DNA of 64,000 bases from an uncultured delta proteobacterium (GCA_963847445.1 CAWJZV010000015.1:128001-192000); one strand, 5' to 3'. Positions 1-10,399 are shown, counted from the stretch's first letter. The notes: a model not told the origin generated them from the sequence alone. Made by a program: numbers and translations.

Positions 1-2
1 GC

Positions 3-977
3 AGCCAGTTGATCCTCGACATCTTCGCCAAGCGGGCGCGCAGCAACGAAGGCAAACTGCAAGTGGAACTGGCGCAGTTGGAATATCTCATGCCGCGATT
101 GACGCGCCAGTGGACCCACTTGTCGCGCTTGGGCGGCGGCATCGGCACCCGCGGCCCGGGTGAAACCCAGTTGGAAGTCGACCGCCGGCGCATTCGCGAG
201 CGCATCGGCCACCTGAAGCGCCGCCTGACCACCGTCGAGCGCACGCGCAGCCTGCAACGGCGCGAGCGCGACGAAGTGCCCTTCGCTACGGTCGCCTTGG
301 TCGGCTACACCAACGCCGGCAAGTCGACGTTGATGAATTTGCTCACCCGCGCCGGCGTGTTTGTCGAAGATAAATTGTTCGCGACTTTGGACCCGACGAC
401 CCGAGCGCTGCGCCTACCCAACGGCGACAAGGTCATGATCGTCGATACCGTTGGCTTCATAAATAAGATTCCTCATTCACTCATCGAGGCTTTCAAAAGC
501 ACGCTGGAAGAGGTGAGCCGCGCCGATTTGCTATTGCATCTGGTCGATCTGGCCAATCCGCTCTACGAAGAGCAGATTCAAATCATCGAGAAGGTTTTGG
601 GCGAGATCGGCGCCGGTGAGATTCCGACGATCCTGGTGCCCAACAAGGTTGACCTGGCCGGGCCAGTTCCGGTGGCCCGGCTGAAAATTAACGGCGTGGC
701 GCAGGTCTGTCCGATCTCGGCGTTGACCGGCGCCGGTGTCGACGAATTACTTGCCGGCGTCGGCCGGATCTTGGACCAGTCGAAGGAACGGATTGAAGCG
801 AACTTTACCCCGGCGCAGAATTGGCTGGTGGCGCTGTTGCGCGAGCGCGGCCGGGTGGTTGAAGAGCTGCATGACGGCGAATCGATCAAGGTGACCGCCT
901 TAGTCACACCCAAGCTGGCGGGGCAAATCCGCAAATCCTTGGCGTCGAGCCGTGCCGGCAACGGTAGCGGATACTAG
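3..977 (+). CDS. hflX: GTPase HflX (5'-truncated by window edge)
   Basis: GGIGTRGPGETQLE, G1 GYTNAGKS, LFATLDPT, DTVGF and NKVD motifs. Confidence 0.97.
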   Translation, partial: SQLILDIFAKRARSNEGKLQVELAQLEYLMPRLTRQWTHLSRLGGGIGTRGPGETQLEVDRRRIRERIGHLKRRLTTVERTRSLQRRERDEVPFATVALVGYTNAGKSTLMNLLTRAGVFVEDKLFATLDPTTRALRLPNGDKVMIVDTVGFINKIPHSLIEAFKSTLEEVSRADLLLHLVDLANPLYEEQIQIIEKVLGEIGAGEIPTILVPNKVDLAGPVPVARLKINGVAQVCPISALTGAGVDELLAGVGRILDQSKERIEANFTPAQNWLVALLRERGRVVEELHDGESIKVTALVTPKLAGQIRKSLASSRAGNGSGY

Positions 978-979
978 CC

Positions 980-1546
980 GTGCTCAATCTGCCCAACTCG
1001 CTGACCCTCATCCGGATTCTGACCATTCCCATCTTCTTAGAGTTCCTCGCTTACCATCTCTATTGGCAGGCTTTGGTGGTCTTCGCCATCGGCGGACTCA
1101 CCGATTTTTTCGACGGTTTGACCGCCCGCTGGCTAAACCAGCAGACCGCCTTGGGCGCTTATTTGGATCCGGTGGCGGATAAGTTGCTGGTGATCAGCTC
1201 GTTCATCATGTTGGGGCTCATCGATGGCATACCCATGTGGCTGACGGTGGTAGTGGTCGTGCGTGATGTCCTGATCGTCGTCGGCTACGGCGCGATCTAT
1301 ATTTTGGTCGAAGAAAAAATCGCAGTCCGGCCAAGCTCGATCGGCAAGTGGAGCACGACGTTGCAGTTGTTCACCTTGGCGGTCGCTTTGGTAACGTTAC
1401 ACGACGCAAATTTGCTACACCCCTATGTTTTGGCCGTGTTTATTGCTTTGAGCGCGGCGGCAACGGTAGCTTCCGGCCTGCAATACCTCTATCGCGGGCT
1501 TATTTGGTTGCAGAATCGAGCCCCGTCAATCACCCCACCTGGTTGA
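980..1546 (+). CDS. pgsA: CDP-alcohol phosphatidyltransferase (PgsA family)
   Basis: N-terminus NLPNSLTLIR; DxxDGxxAR...G..LDPVADK signature; hydrophobic. Confidence 0.85.
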   Translation: MLNLPNSLTLIRILTIPIFLEFLAYHLYWQALVVFAIGGLTDFFDGLTARWLNQQTALGAYLDPVADKLLVISSFIMLGLIDGIPMWLTVVVVVRDVLIVVGYGAIYILVEEKIAVRPSSIGKWSTTLQLFTLAVALVTLHDANLLHPYVLAVFIALSAAATVASGLQYLYRGLIWLQNRAPSITPPG

Positions 1547-1721
1547 CATAACGGCTTAGAATTGGTAATAAATTCGATCTCTTGCAGCATCATATGCGAC
1601 AATGCCGAGGGCCCGCACGGGCGACCAGGATGGTTGCCAAAGAAGGCCACCACAGCAGATAAAACAATGCAGCTAGCATTCGACATCTTAGCCGCCAGCG
1701 GCCTAATCCTGCACGTCTTGC

Positions 1722-1796
1722 AGGCACGTAGCTCAGTGGGAGAGCGCTTCCTTGACACGGAAGAGGTCGGCAGTTCAATCCTGCCCGTGCCTACCA
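1722..1796 (+). tRNA. tRNA-Val(GAC)
   Basis: Acceptor stem AGGCACG/CGTGCCT, anticodon loop TTGACAC, T-arm GTTCAATC, encoded CCA. Confidence 0.96.
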
Positions 1797-1813
1797 TTTT
1801 TTAATTTGCGGTA

Positions 1814-3724
1814 ATGGATAGTATTCACGTCACTTTTGCTGACGGCAATGCCGTCGACGTTCGCCCTGGTGTCAGGGTGGTCGAGCTGGCTGCGTCCGCC
1901 GGCGCCAAGAACCTGGTTGCTGCCAAGATCGACGGACAAGCCGTCGATTTGAATCGCGTCATCGAGAAAGACTGCACCGTGGAATGGATTACGCCCGAAA
2001 GCGCTGAGGGTCTCGATGTGCTGCGCCATTCGACTGCGCATCTCATGGCTCAAGCAGTGCAGAGTTTATTCCCCGGCACCCAGGTGACCATCGGCCCGAC
2101 CATCGAGCATGGGTTTTATTACGACTTCAAACGCGACCAGCCATTCTTGCCGGAAGATCTCGATCTGATCGAAAAGCGCATGCAGGAGTTGGTCAAGGCA
2201 AATTTGAAAGTGGTGCGCGAAGAGCTGCCGCGCGCCGAGGCCATCGAGCTATTTCGCAAGATGGGCGAGACCTACAAGGTCGAGATCATCGACGGTATCG
2301 CCGCCGACAAGGTTTCGCTCTATCGGCAGGGAGACTGGGTCGATCTTTGCCGCGGCCCCCATGTGCCTTCCACCGGCGCGATCAAGGCGTTCAAGCTGAC
2401 CAGCATTGCCGGTGCCTATTGGCGCGGCGACTCGCGCAACGAGCAGTTGCAGCGGATTTACGGCACCGGCTGGGCCAACCGCAAAGATTTAGAAGCCTAT
2501 TTGAAGCGTATCGAAGAGGCCAAGCAACGTGATCATCGGCGCCTCGGGCCGGCGTTGGACTTGTTCTCACTCCATCCGATCGCGCCGGGATCGCCATTTT
2601 TTCATCCCAAGGGCACGATCATTTACAATATCTTGATCCAGTACATGCGCGAGCTGTACAAGCGCTATGGCTACTCCGAGGTGGTCACGCCGCTGATTTA
2701 CAAGACGGATTTGTGGAAAACCTCGGGGCACTACGAGGCGTTTCACGATGACATGTTCTTGATGAACGTGCATGACGGCGAGTATGGCGTGAAGCCGATG
2801 AATTGTCCTGGCCATTGCTATCTGTTTGGCTCGCGCAAGTACTCCTATCGCGATCTGCCGATCCGCTTCGCCGATTTTAGCCGCTTGCACCGCTTCGAGC
2901 CCTCCGGCGTGCTTTCAGGTCTGACCCGGGTGCGTTCCTTTGCTCAAGACGATGCGCATATTTACTGCACGCCGGAGCAGTTGGACGGCGAGCTTGAGCA
3001 GTTCGTGGCGATGACCAAAGAAGTCTACAAAGTATTTGGCTTCGACCGCATCGAAGTAACCCTGCAAACCCGGCCGGAGAAGTTCCTGGGCCGCATCGAG
3101 TTGTGGGATGCCGCGGAAGCCGGGCTGCGGCGCTGTCTCGAACGCTCGGGTTTTTCGGTGCAGCTCTTGCCGGGCGAAGGGGCTTTCTATGGCCCCAAGA
3201 TCGGTTTCGATTTCCGCGATGTGTTGGAACGCTCTTGGACGCTGGCGACGGTGCAAATCGATTGCGCCATGCCTGAGCGCTTCGGTCTCAAATATGTCAC
3301 CTCCGATGGCACCGAGGCGGCGCCGGTGATGCTGCATCGGGCGGTGTTGGGTTCCATCGAGCGCTTTATCGCAATTCTGTTAGAGCACTGCGCCGGTGCT
3401 TTTCCATTGTGGTTGGCGCCGGTGCAATTGACAGTGCTCACCGTGACCGACGACCACAAAGAGTACGCGGCCAAGGTTGTCGAACGGTTGCGGGTGGGCG
3501 GCTGGCGCGTCGAATTCGACGGCCGCAACGAAAAGCTCGGTTATAAGATTCGCGAGGCGCAATTAGCCAAGGTTCCCTACGCCGTGATCATCGGCGACAA
3601 GGAAGTCGCGGCCGAGACTGTCGCGCCACGACGACGCGGTGGGGAAACCCTCCAGCCACTGCCGGTGGCGGAGTTCGCCAAGAATCTCCACGCCGAGCTT
3701 GCACAAGAAATGGGACAGGCATAG
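1814..3724 (+). CDS. thrS: Threonine--tRNA ligase
   Basis: TGS domain, HSTAH, DLCRGPH, KPMNCPGH and GAFYGPK motifs. Confidence 0.98.
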   Translation: MDSIHVTFADGNAVDVRPGVRVVELAASAGAKNLVAAKIDGQAVDLNRVIEKDCTVEWITPESAEGLDVLRHSTAHLMAQAVQSLFPGTQVTIGPTIEHGFYYDFKRDQPFLPEDLDLIEKRMQELVKANLKVVREELPRAEAIELFRKMGETYKVEIIDGIAADKVSLYRQGDWVDLCRGPHVPSTGAIKAFKLTSIAGAYWRGDSRNEQLQRIYGTGWANRKDLEAYLKRIEEAKQRDHRRLGPALDLFSLHPIAPGSPFFHPKGTIIYNILIQYMRELYKRYGYSEVVTPLIYKTDLWKTSGHYEAFHDDMFLMNVHDGEYGVKPMNCPGHCYLFGSRKYSYRDLPIRFADFSRLHRFEPSGVLSGLTRVRSFAQDDAHIYCTPEQLDGELEQFVAMTKEVYKVFGFDRIEVTLQTRPEKFLGRIELWDAAEAGLRRCLERSGFSVQLLPGEGAFYGPKIGFDFRDVLERSWTLATVQIDCAMPERFGLKYVTSDGTEAAPVMLHRAVLGSIERFIAILLEHCAGAFPLWLAPVQLTVLTVTDDHKEYAAKVVERLRVGGWRVEFDGRNEKLGYKIREAQLAKVPYAVIIGDKEVAAETVAPRRRGGETLQPLPVAEFAKNLHAELAQEMGQA

Positions 3725-3767
3725 AAATATAGGATCATGCTGCAGTTAGAAACTACGGAGGTGTCTT

Positions 3768-4268
3768 ATCGCTAGGGAAGCGCGAATCAATCATCAAATT
3801 CGTGCCCGTGAAGTCCGCATCATCGGCTCCAAAGGCGAACAGCTTGGAGTGATGCCGTTGCACGAGGCGCTGAAGCAGGTGGAAGCCCTGGATCTCGATT
3901 TGGTCGAAGTAGCGCCGGACGCCCAGCCGCCGGTGTGCCGCATGATGGATTATGGCAAGTTTCGCTACGAGCAAAAGAAAAAGCAGCAGGGACCGAAAAA
4001 AACCGTGGTCGAGATCAAGGAAGTCAAGATGGGTTCGCGCACCGACGCCCATGACATCGAGCACAAGGTGAAGAATATTCGCAAGTTTATCGATGAAGGC
4101 CAGCGCGTCAAAGTATCGGTGTTCTTTCGCGGCCGCGAGATCACCCATCCTGAACTCGGCCGGCATTTGCTCACGGGGGTTGTCGAGTTGGTTCAGGATG
4201 TCGCCAAGGTCGATATTCAGCCGCGCCTCGAAGGGCGCAACATGGCGATGCTACTGACGCCAAAGTGA
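3768..4268 (+). CDS. infC: Translation initiation factor IF-3 with non-canonical ATC start
   Basis: GGAGGTG SD at 3757-3763, then in-frame ATC GCT AGG GAA GCG CGA ATC AAT (IAREARINHQIRAREVRII); PPVCRMMDYGKF, FRGRE. Confidence 0.93.
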   Translation: MAREARINHQIRAREVRIIGSKGEQLGVMPLHEALKQVEALDLDLVEVAPDAQPPVCRMMDYGKFRYEQKKKQQGPKKTVVEIKEVKMGSRTDAHDIEHKVKNIRKFIDEGQRVKVSVFFRGREITHPELGRHLLTGVVELVQDVAKVDIQPRLEGRNMAMLLTPK

Positions 4269-4300
4269 TCAATTTTGAAATAAACGAGAGGGAGTGAAAC

Positions 4301-4498
4301 GTGCCGAAAATCAAAACTAACCGCGGAGCAGCGAAACGCTTCCGCGTCACCGGGAGCGGCAAGATCAAACGTAACAAGGCTTACAAGCGTCATATTTTGT
4401 CGTCCAAGGGTAAAAAGCGCAAACGCAACCTGCGCAAGGGAACCATGGTGGCGGCGGTGGAAGCGAAGAACATTCGTCAGATGATTCCTTATAAATAG
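4301..4498 (+). CDS. rpmI: 50S ribosomal protein L35
   Basis: [14 protein letters not shown]; position after infC. Confidence 0.97.
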   Translation: MPKIKTNRGAAKRFRVTGSGKIKRNKAYKRHILSSKGKKRKRNLRKGTMVAAVEAKNIRQMIPYK

Positions 4499-4590
4499 CC
4501 TTCAAAGATCTGTAACAGCGGTTGGCATGACCCGCCGCCGGCGCGGCGTCGCCGACGGGTCGAAATCTGCATTGGAGAGGAGTTTTTAAA

Positions 4591-4950
4591 GTGCCTAGAG
4601 CCAAGGGTGGAAGTAAAACTAGACAGCGTCATAAGAAAATTATGAAGCTAGCCAAGGGGTACGTCGGCGGCCGCGGTCGTCTGTACCGCTCCGCGGTGGA
4701 GACCGTCGAACGCGGGCTGGTATTTGCGTACCGTGACCGGCGCGTCAAAAAACGGACATTTCGCGGCCTGTGGATCATTCGCATCGGCGCCGCGGCCAAG
4801 CTGAACGGTATGTCCTATAATCAAGTGATTAATGGGCTGAAGAAGGCCAATGTCGAGATCGACCGCAAAATTCTTGCGGAGATCGCGGTGGCCGATATGC
4901 CGGGATTCGGCCGCTTGGTGGAAACCGCTAAAGCTCATCTGAGCCAGTAA
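4591..4950 (+). CDS. rplT: 50S ribosomal protein L20
   Basis: [24 protein letters not shown]. Confidence 0.97.
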   Translation: MPRAKGGSKTRQRHKKIMKLAKGYVGGRGRLYRSAVETVERGLVFAYRDRRVKKRTFRGLWIIRIGAAAKLNGMSYNQVINGLKKANVEIDRKILAEIAVADMPGFGRLVETAKAHLSQ

Positions 4951-4971
4951 CTGCTCTTTCAGTTCAGTCCC

Positions 4972-6012
4972 ATGACCGATTCCCTGGAAGCTCTCCGTGG
5001 AGAGGTTCTGGAGCGCATCCAGCAAGCCCACTCCGTCAAGGAGCTCGAACAGCTGCGCATCGAAGCATTGGGCCGCAGCGGCTCGATCACGCTGCTGTTG
5101 CGCGGTCTGAAAGACCTGCCGACCGAAGAACGGCCGCGCATGGGTGAACGGCTCAATCAACTGCGTCGCGCTCTGGAGCAAGAGCTCGAAGCCCGATTGG
5201 CTGACGTCAACCGGCAAGCCAAGTCCACGGCCCTCGCCGAAGAAAAAATCGATATCACCCTGCCGGGAACGCGCCTAGAGCGTGGCCATAGCCACCCGCT
5301 AACGCTGGTGATCGACGAGATCATCGAGATTTTTTTTGGCATGGGTTTCGAGATCGCCCGCGGTCCCGATATCGAGGACGATTACCACAACTTCGAAGCG
5401 CTCAATATTCCCAAGGACCATCCGGCGCGCGACATGCAGGATACTTTTTTTGTCGCCGGCGGCAACTTATTGCGAACTCACACCTCGCCGGTGCAGATTC
5501 GCACGATGGAAAGTCGCAAGCCGCCGCTGCAAATCATCGTGCCCGGCGCGGTTTACCGCCACGATGACGATGCCACCCATTCGCCGATGTTTCATCAAGT
5601 CGAAGGCTTTATGGTCGATAACAATATCTCCTTCGCCGATCTGAAGGGCGTGTTGACCCATGTGCTGCGGCAGATTTTCAATCGTGACGCCGGCGTGCGT
5701 TTCCGGCCGAGTTTTTTTCCATTCACCGAGCCCAGCGCCGAGATCGATATCCAATGCGTCATTTGCGGCGGCGGCGGCACGCTGCGCAACGGCCAGATCT
5801 GCCGCGTCTGTAAAGCCAGCGGCTGGTTGGAAATCTTGGGCGCCGGCATGATCGATCCGGCGGTATTCCATTTCGTCGGTTACGACCCCGAAGAGTTTAC
5901 CGGGTTCGCCTTCGGCATGGGCGTCGAGCGCATCGCCATGCTGAAGTATGGCATCGACGACATCCGGCTGTTCTTTCACAATGACTTGCGATTTTTGCGC
6001 CAGTTCAACTAA
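4972..6012 (+). CDS. pheS: Phenylalanine--tRNA ligase alpha subunit
   Basis: HPARDMQDTF, LRTHTSP, FRPSFFPFTEP, GFAFGMGVER. Confidence 0.98.
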   Translation: MTDSLEALRGEVLERIQQAHSVKELEQLRIEALGRSGSITLLLRGLKDLPTEERPRMGERLNQLRRALEQELEARLADVNRQAKSTALAEEKIDITLPGTRLERGHSHPLTLVIDEIIEIFFGMGFEIARGPDIEDDYHNFEALNIPKDHPARDMQDTFFVAGGNLLRTHTSPVQIRTMESRKPPLQIIVPGAVYRHDDDATHSPMFHQVEGFMVDNNISFADLKGVLTHVLRQIFNRDAGVRFRPSFFPFTEPSAEIDIQCVICGGGGTLRNGQICRVCKASGWLEILGAGMIDPAVFHFVGYDPEEFTGFAFGMGVERIAMLKYGIDDIRLFFHNDLRFLRQFN

Positions 6013-6015
6013 ACG

Positions 6016-6098
6016 GAATGGAATGATGGAGTACTGGAGTGATGGAGTGTTGTTGCCGAAACCCATCACTCCAATATTCCAACACTCCAGTACTCCAA
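6016..6098. repeat. Palindromic repeat made of 8-bp units (TGGAGTAC/TGGAGTGA), copy 1
   Basis: ggaatggaatgatggagtactggagtgatggagtg...catcactccaatattccaacactccagtactcca forms a long imperfect hairpin between pheS and pheT. Confidence 0.8.
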
Positions 6099-6102
6099 TC
6101 TT

Positions 6103-8182
6103 ATGAAATTTACTCTCAACTGGCTCAAGGAATTCGTCGACTTCGGTGGCACCGCCGCTGAACTCTCCAAATTGCTCACCAGCGCGGGATTGGAGGTCGA
6201 GTCGTTAACGCCGATCAAAGAGCCTGAAAGCCTGCGTGACGACTGGTTATTTGAAATCGCTGTGACGCCCAACCGCGGCGATTGTTTAGGCCTGCTGGGA
6301 ATCGCCCGTGAAGTTTGTGCGCTCACCGGGGCGCAGGCGAAATTTCCCACGGTTCAGAGGAGCAAGAAAGATCCGCGCATTCATAAGCGCGTGGCGCTTA
6401 AGATCGAAGATGCCGGCCAATGCGCGCGCTACTCGGCGCGCATCGTCGACGAGGTCAAAATCGCCTCGTCGACTCCTTTGATACGTTTCCGCATCGAATC
6501 CTGCGGCATCCGCGCCATCAACAACGTCGTCGATGCCACCAATTATGTCATGCTGGAAACTGGCCAGCCGCTGCACGCCTTTGACCTGGCGCGGCTCGCT
6601 GCCAAGCAAATCATCGTGCGCAACGCCCGTGAGACCCGCAAGTTCACGACCCTTGACGGTGTCGAGCGCGAGCTCGCCCATGAAGATTTGCTGATCTGCG
6701 ACGGCGATACTCCAGTGGCGCTCGCCGGCGTGATGGGCGGCATGAATTCCGAAGTAAGCGCAGCCACAACATCGCTCTTACTCGAGAGCGCTAACTTCGC
6801 GCCAGCGACAATTCGGCGCACGGCAAAGCGCTTGGCTTTGCATAGCGAGGCCTCACACCGTTTTGAACGCGGCGTCGATCCCGAAGGAACCCTTCGGGCA
6901 CTGGATCGCGCGGTGCAGTTGATCAGTGAAAATGGCGGATGTCGTCCGCTGGCGGGCGCCGCCGATTGTTACCCGGAAAAAGTCAAGCCGGTGACGATTC
7001 GCCTGCGCAAACAACGCATATCGAGAATATTGGGCGTGGCGATTGAGTTCCGGCAAGCTGAGAAGTTGCTCCGCTCCCTCGGTCTCAAAACCAACCGGCA
7101 AGGTCAGCAGCTCATTGCCGTCATTCCGACCAGCCGGCCAGACTTGACGCGCGAGATCGATCTGATTGAAGAGTTGGCGCGTCTGCATGGTTATGACCAT
7201 ATTCCAACCACGCTACCGCTGCTCCGGCCCACCGGTGGTGCGCTGGATTTTCGGCTCGCCGGCGAACGCAAGCTGGGCAATTTTTTCGCCGGCGAGGGTT
7301 TCGTCGAGGCGATCAACTTGCCATTCACCTCTGACGCCCTCAATGGTCTGTTCTGCGGTTTATGGCAGGGGTTCCAAACCGCGGTGCCGTTGCTCAATCC
7401 GCTGTCCAATGAGAGTAGCGCCATGCGCCAGAGCCTGCTACCGGGGCTGCTCGATAATTTACGAGTCAATTTGGCGCAAAAGACGGCGAGCTGTCATGTT
7501 TACCATCTGGGCAAGGTTTTCCGCTGCGATCCGACCGGCGGGTATGAAGAACGCCTGTGTGTCGGCGGCCTCATGCATGGGCCGCGGGCGCTTCGGGGTC
7601 TGCGCCGCAAGGACCATTCGACGCTAGATTTTCTCCAGTGCAAAGGAGCGGTGGAAGGACTGCTCGACCTGTTCGGTCTGCGCGATTCAATATCCTGGAC
7701 CGTCGCGGCATCTGACCATATTGCACCCAGGCCGCGCGGCTCAACTGCACCATCAGGATTGCCGCATAGGCTTTCTCGGCGAGCTCCACCCCGATGTCGC
7801 TGAGCAGCTGGAAGTGCCGCAAGTTTATGTATTTGAACTTGACTTCGAGAAATTGCTTGAGTATGCTCCGCGGCAAATGGCAGTGCGCGCGCTGGCAAAA
7901 TTTCCAGCCATCGAACGGGACTTTGCCATCGTCGTGGAGCGCGATTTCGCGGCGCATCGAATCATCGATTGGATCGGGCATCTCGGTGAGTCCTTAATCG
8001 AACATGTTCAAGTGTTCGATCAATATATCGGCGCACCGATCCCAGACGGCAAGAAGAGTTTGGCGTACAATATTTCCTATCGCGCCGAGGACCGAACCCT
8101 CACCGACAGCGAGGTCAATCCATTGCACCAAAGTGTGGTCGACCGGATCGGCAAGGAATTCGGCGCCGAACGGCGTAGCTAG
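6103..8182 (+). CDS. pheT: Phenylalanine--tRNA ligase beta subunit, short form lacking the B2 OB domain; frameshift near 7720
   Basis: TPNRGDCL, GQPLHAFD, RFERGVD, REIDLIEE; FDX-ACB domain in ORF 7721-8182. Confidence 0.93.
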
Positions 8183-8218
8183 CAATGTGAAGCCGCGGAT
8201 CGAGCGAGGAGGTGGAAC

Positions 8219-8542
8219 ATGACCAAAGCGGAAATTATCACGCGCATTTATGAGAAAGTGGGTTTTTCAAAGAAGGACGCCACCGACGTCGTCGAAGCGA
8301 CCTTCGACATCATCAAGGGCTGTTTAGAAAAAGGCGATAAAGTAAAGATCTCCGGTTTCGGTAATTTTGTCGTCAACACCAAACGTCCGCGTAAAGGCAG
8401 AAATCCCCAGACCGGCGATGAGATCATCATCGACGGCCGTAAAGTTTTGACCTTCAAAGCCAGCCAGATCATGAAAAAGAGTTTGAACACGATGGGAACT
8501 GCACCGTCGGTTTCTGCCCCCGACGCGCCGGTGTCGGAGTAG
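8219..8542 (+). CDS. ihfA: Integration host factor subunit alpha
   Basis: MTKAEI..VKISGFGNF..GRNPQTG; follows pheT. Confidence 0.9.
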   Translation: MTKAEIITRIYEKVGFSKKDATDVVEATFDIIKGCLEKGDKVKISGFGNFVVNTKRPRKGRNPQTGDEIIIDGRKVLTFKASQIMKKSLNTMGTAPSVSAPDAPVSE

Positions 8543-8551
8543 GCCGAGTTC

Positions 8552-8905
8552 ATGACGCCCGCCCTACCGGAGAAAATCTATTTCAAGATCGGCGAGGTTA
8601 GTGAGATCGTCGGCGTCGAGCCCTACGTGTTGCGTTACTGGGAAACCGAGTTCGACCTGCTCAAGCCGTCCAAGGCGCCGTCCAAACACCGGCTCTACAA
8701 AAAGCGTGACGTCGAGCTCCTGCTCGATATCAAACGGTTGCTCTACACCGAAGGCTTCACCATCGAAGGCGCGCGCAAGAAACTCAGAGAAGTTAAAAAA
8801 GAAGAGAAAGATCAGCTCAAACTGCCGCTTGCCGATCGAAAATATAAAAATGCTCTGATCAAAGTCAAAAAAGATCTCGAGTCTCTGCGCAAGCTGCTCA
8901 CGTAA
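8552..8905 (+). CDS. MerR-family transcriptional regulator
   Basis: [25 protein letters not shown]; conserved ihfA-merR-tRNAPro context. Confidence 0.93.
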   Translation: MTPALPEKIYFKIGEVSEIVGVEPYVLRYWETEFDLLKPSKAPSKHRLYKKRDVELLLDIKRLLYTEGFTIEGARKKLREVKKEEKDQLKLPLADRKYKNALIKVKKDLESLRKLLT

Positions 8906-9020
8906 GATTTTCCTAGTGTCGATCGTGCGCATCACCGATCATTTCCCTTGTCCGCGGTTACCGTCGAAATTGATTTAGGCCAATCGGAGTGCTAAGTTCC
9001 GGCTGCAATAAATCCCCCGT

Positions 9021-9097
9021 CGGGGCGTGGCGCAGCCTGGTAGCGCGCACGCTTGGGGTGCGTGAGGTCGCCGGTTCAAATCCGGCCGCCCCGACCA
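9021..9097 (+). tRNA. tRNA-Pro(GGG)
   Basis: CGGGGCG/CGCCCCG acceptor stem, anticodon loop TTGGGGT, GGTTCAAATCC, CCA. Confidence 0.96.
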
Positions 9098-9386
9098 TTC
9101 ACTGTCCTCGCTCAAGATGAACACTTCTGCCGCGCGCAAGGCGCGGTTAACGTCGAGTTGCTTGCGACCGGTCTGATGTGCTGTACGGGTCACTCGCGGC
9201 GACGCGCGAGAAGCCGGTTCAGCCGGACGGCGACCCGAGCGCCATGCCCGCGCCACGGGGTTCGGAGCTGGCCGAAGCAGGTCTCATGGCCCGCCTGCGC
9301 CAGCTAGAGGATTTGGCCAGACTCTGAGAAAAAAGCCTGCGCAACTCGATAGCGCCGCCAGTAAACTGGAAAATCGTCCCGCAACT

Positions 9387-9562
9387 GTGTTAAATTCCCT
9401 GATTGAATCTAAACATTCCCCGCAGCTTGCTGCGGGCACCATCAAATGGGGAATCCAAAGGGGGCGAGCATCCCGTTTGGTCGCGTGCGGGTTTGATACC
9501 CCGTACGCGAAATGCCTTGTTTATTGGAGTGCGGCTAGGGCTTTTTTACCGTACCGTGTTAA
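9387..9562. repeat. Structured non-coding element (three hairpins) flanked by GTGTTAA direct repeats; possible MITE
   Basis: Hairpins CCCGCAGC-TT-GCTGCGGG, CCAAAGGG..CCCGTTTGG and CGCGTGCGGG..CCCGTACGCG; GTGTTAA at 9387-9393 and 9556-9562. Confidence 0.45.
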
Positions 9563-9650
9563 CCAACGATCCAGCGTGTTTCTGCCAGGCGAATGCGCCA
9601 ATGCTGCGACGTAGCATTGCGGCATGCCGGAACCAATAATCCCAACCTAA

Positions 9651-10316
9651 GTGAAGAATCCCGAACCGATCGCGCATGATTTCGCCTGGGCCCGCGACCG
9701 CATGGTCCAGGAGCAAATTATCGCCCGCGGCGTGACCGACGCCCGGGTGATCGCGGCGATACGTAAGATCCCGCGCCATGTCTTCGTCGATCCGGGAATC
9801 GTCAATCGCGCCTATGACGATAGCGCTTTGCCGATCGGCGAGAAGCAGACTTTGTCGCAACCCTATATGTCGGCGCGCATGAGCGAGGCGCTGCGACTGG
9901 TCGGCGGCGAAAAAGTGCTCGAGATCGGCACTGGGTCAGGTTTTCAAACCGCGCTTCTGGCCGAGCTCTGCTTCAATGTTTTTTCCGTCGAAAAGCTGCG
10001 CGCGCTGTCGCGCCGGGCGCGCGCGCTTCTGGATCAGCTCGAGTATCACAACATCGCGCTCCATGTCGGCGATGGCACTATCGGTTGGTCCGAGCATGCG
10101 CCTTACCACGCGATTATCGTGACTGCCGGAGCGCCGCAAGCGCCCCAGCCGCTGCTCGATCAGCTCGCCGTCGGCGGCCGGCTGGTGATCCCGATCGGCG
10201 ATGAGCAGTCACAGACCCTGATGCGTTTGACTCGAACCCGTACGAGTTTCAAAAAAGAGCAGCTCGGCGAATGTAAGTTCGTCAAGCTATTGGGCAAATA
10301 CGGTTGGCGCGAGTAG
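9651..10316 (+). CDS. pcm: Protein-L-isoaspartate O-methyltransferase
   Basis: VLEIGTGSGFQTA, GDGTIGW, IIVTAGAP. Confidence 0.95.
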   Translation: MKNPEPIAHDFAWARDRMVQEQIIARGVTDARVIAAIRKIPRHVFVDPGIVNRAYDDSALPIGEKQTLSQPYMSARMSEALRLVGGEKVLEIGTGSGFQTALLAELCFNVFSVEKLRALSRRARALLDQLEYHNIALHVGDGTIGWSEHAPYHAIIVTAGAPQAPQPLLDQLAVGGRLVIPIGDEQSQTLMRLTRTRTSFKKEQLGECKFVKLLGKYGWRE

Positions 10317-10399
10317 CGTAGCATTGCTAAGTGAGTGTCCGGATTATCTCTTTGAGTTTGCCAGCTTCGGAAGTGCGTCCATCGCAGGACGTGAATTCC

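Noticed and set aside
6016-6098. CRISPR array
   Set aside because: These are short 8-bp units in inverted arms, with no repeat-spacer periodicity and no cas genes.
7700-7803. Programmed frameshift or pseudogene in pheT (likewise thiC, purC, dabA)
   Set aside because: No slippery-site pattern, the genes are essential or well conserved, and indels occur throughout the contig.
9021-9097. Integrative element at tRNA-Pro or tRNA-Val
   Set aside because: No integrase, and no duplicated tRNA 3' end was noticed in the window.
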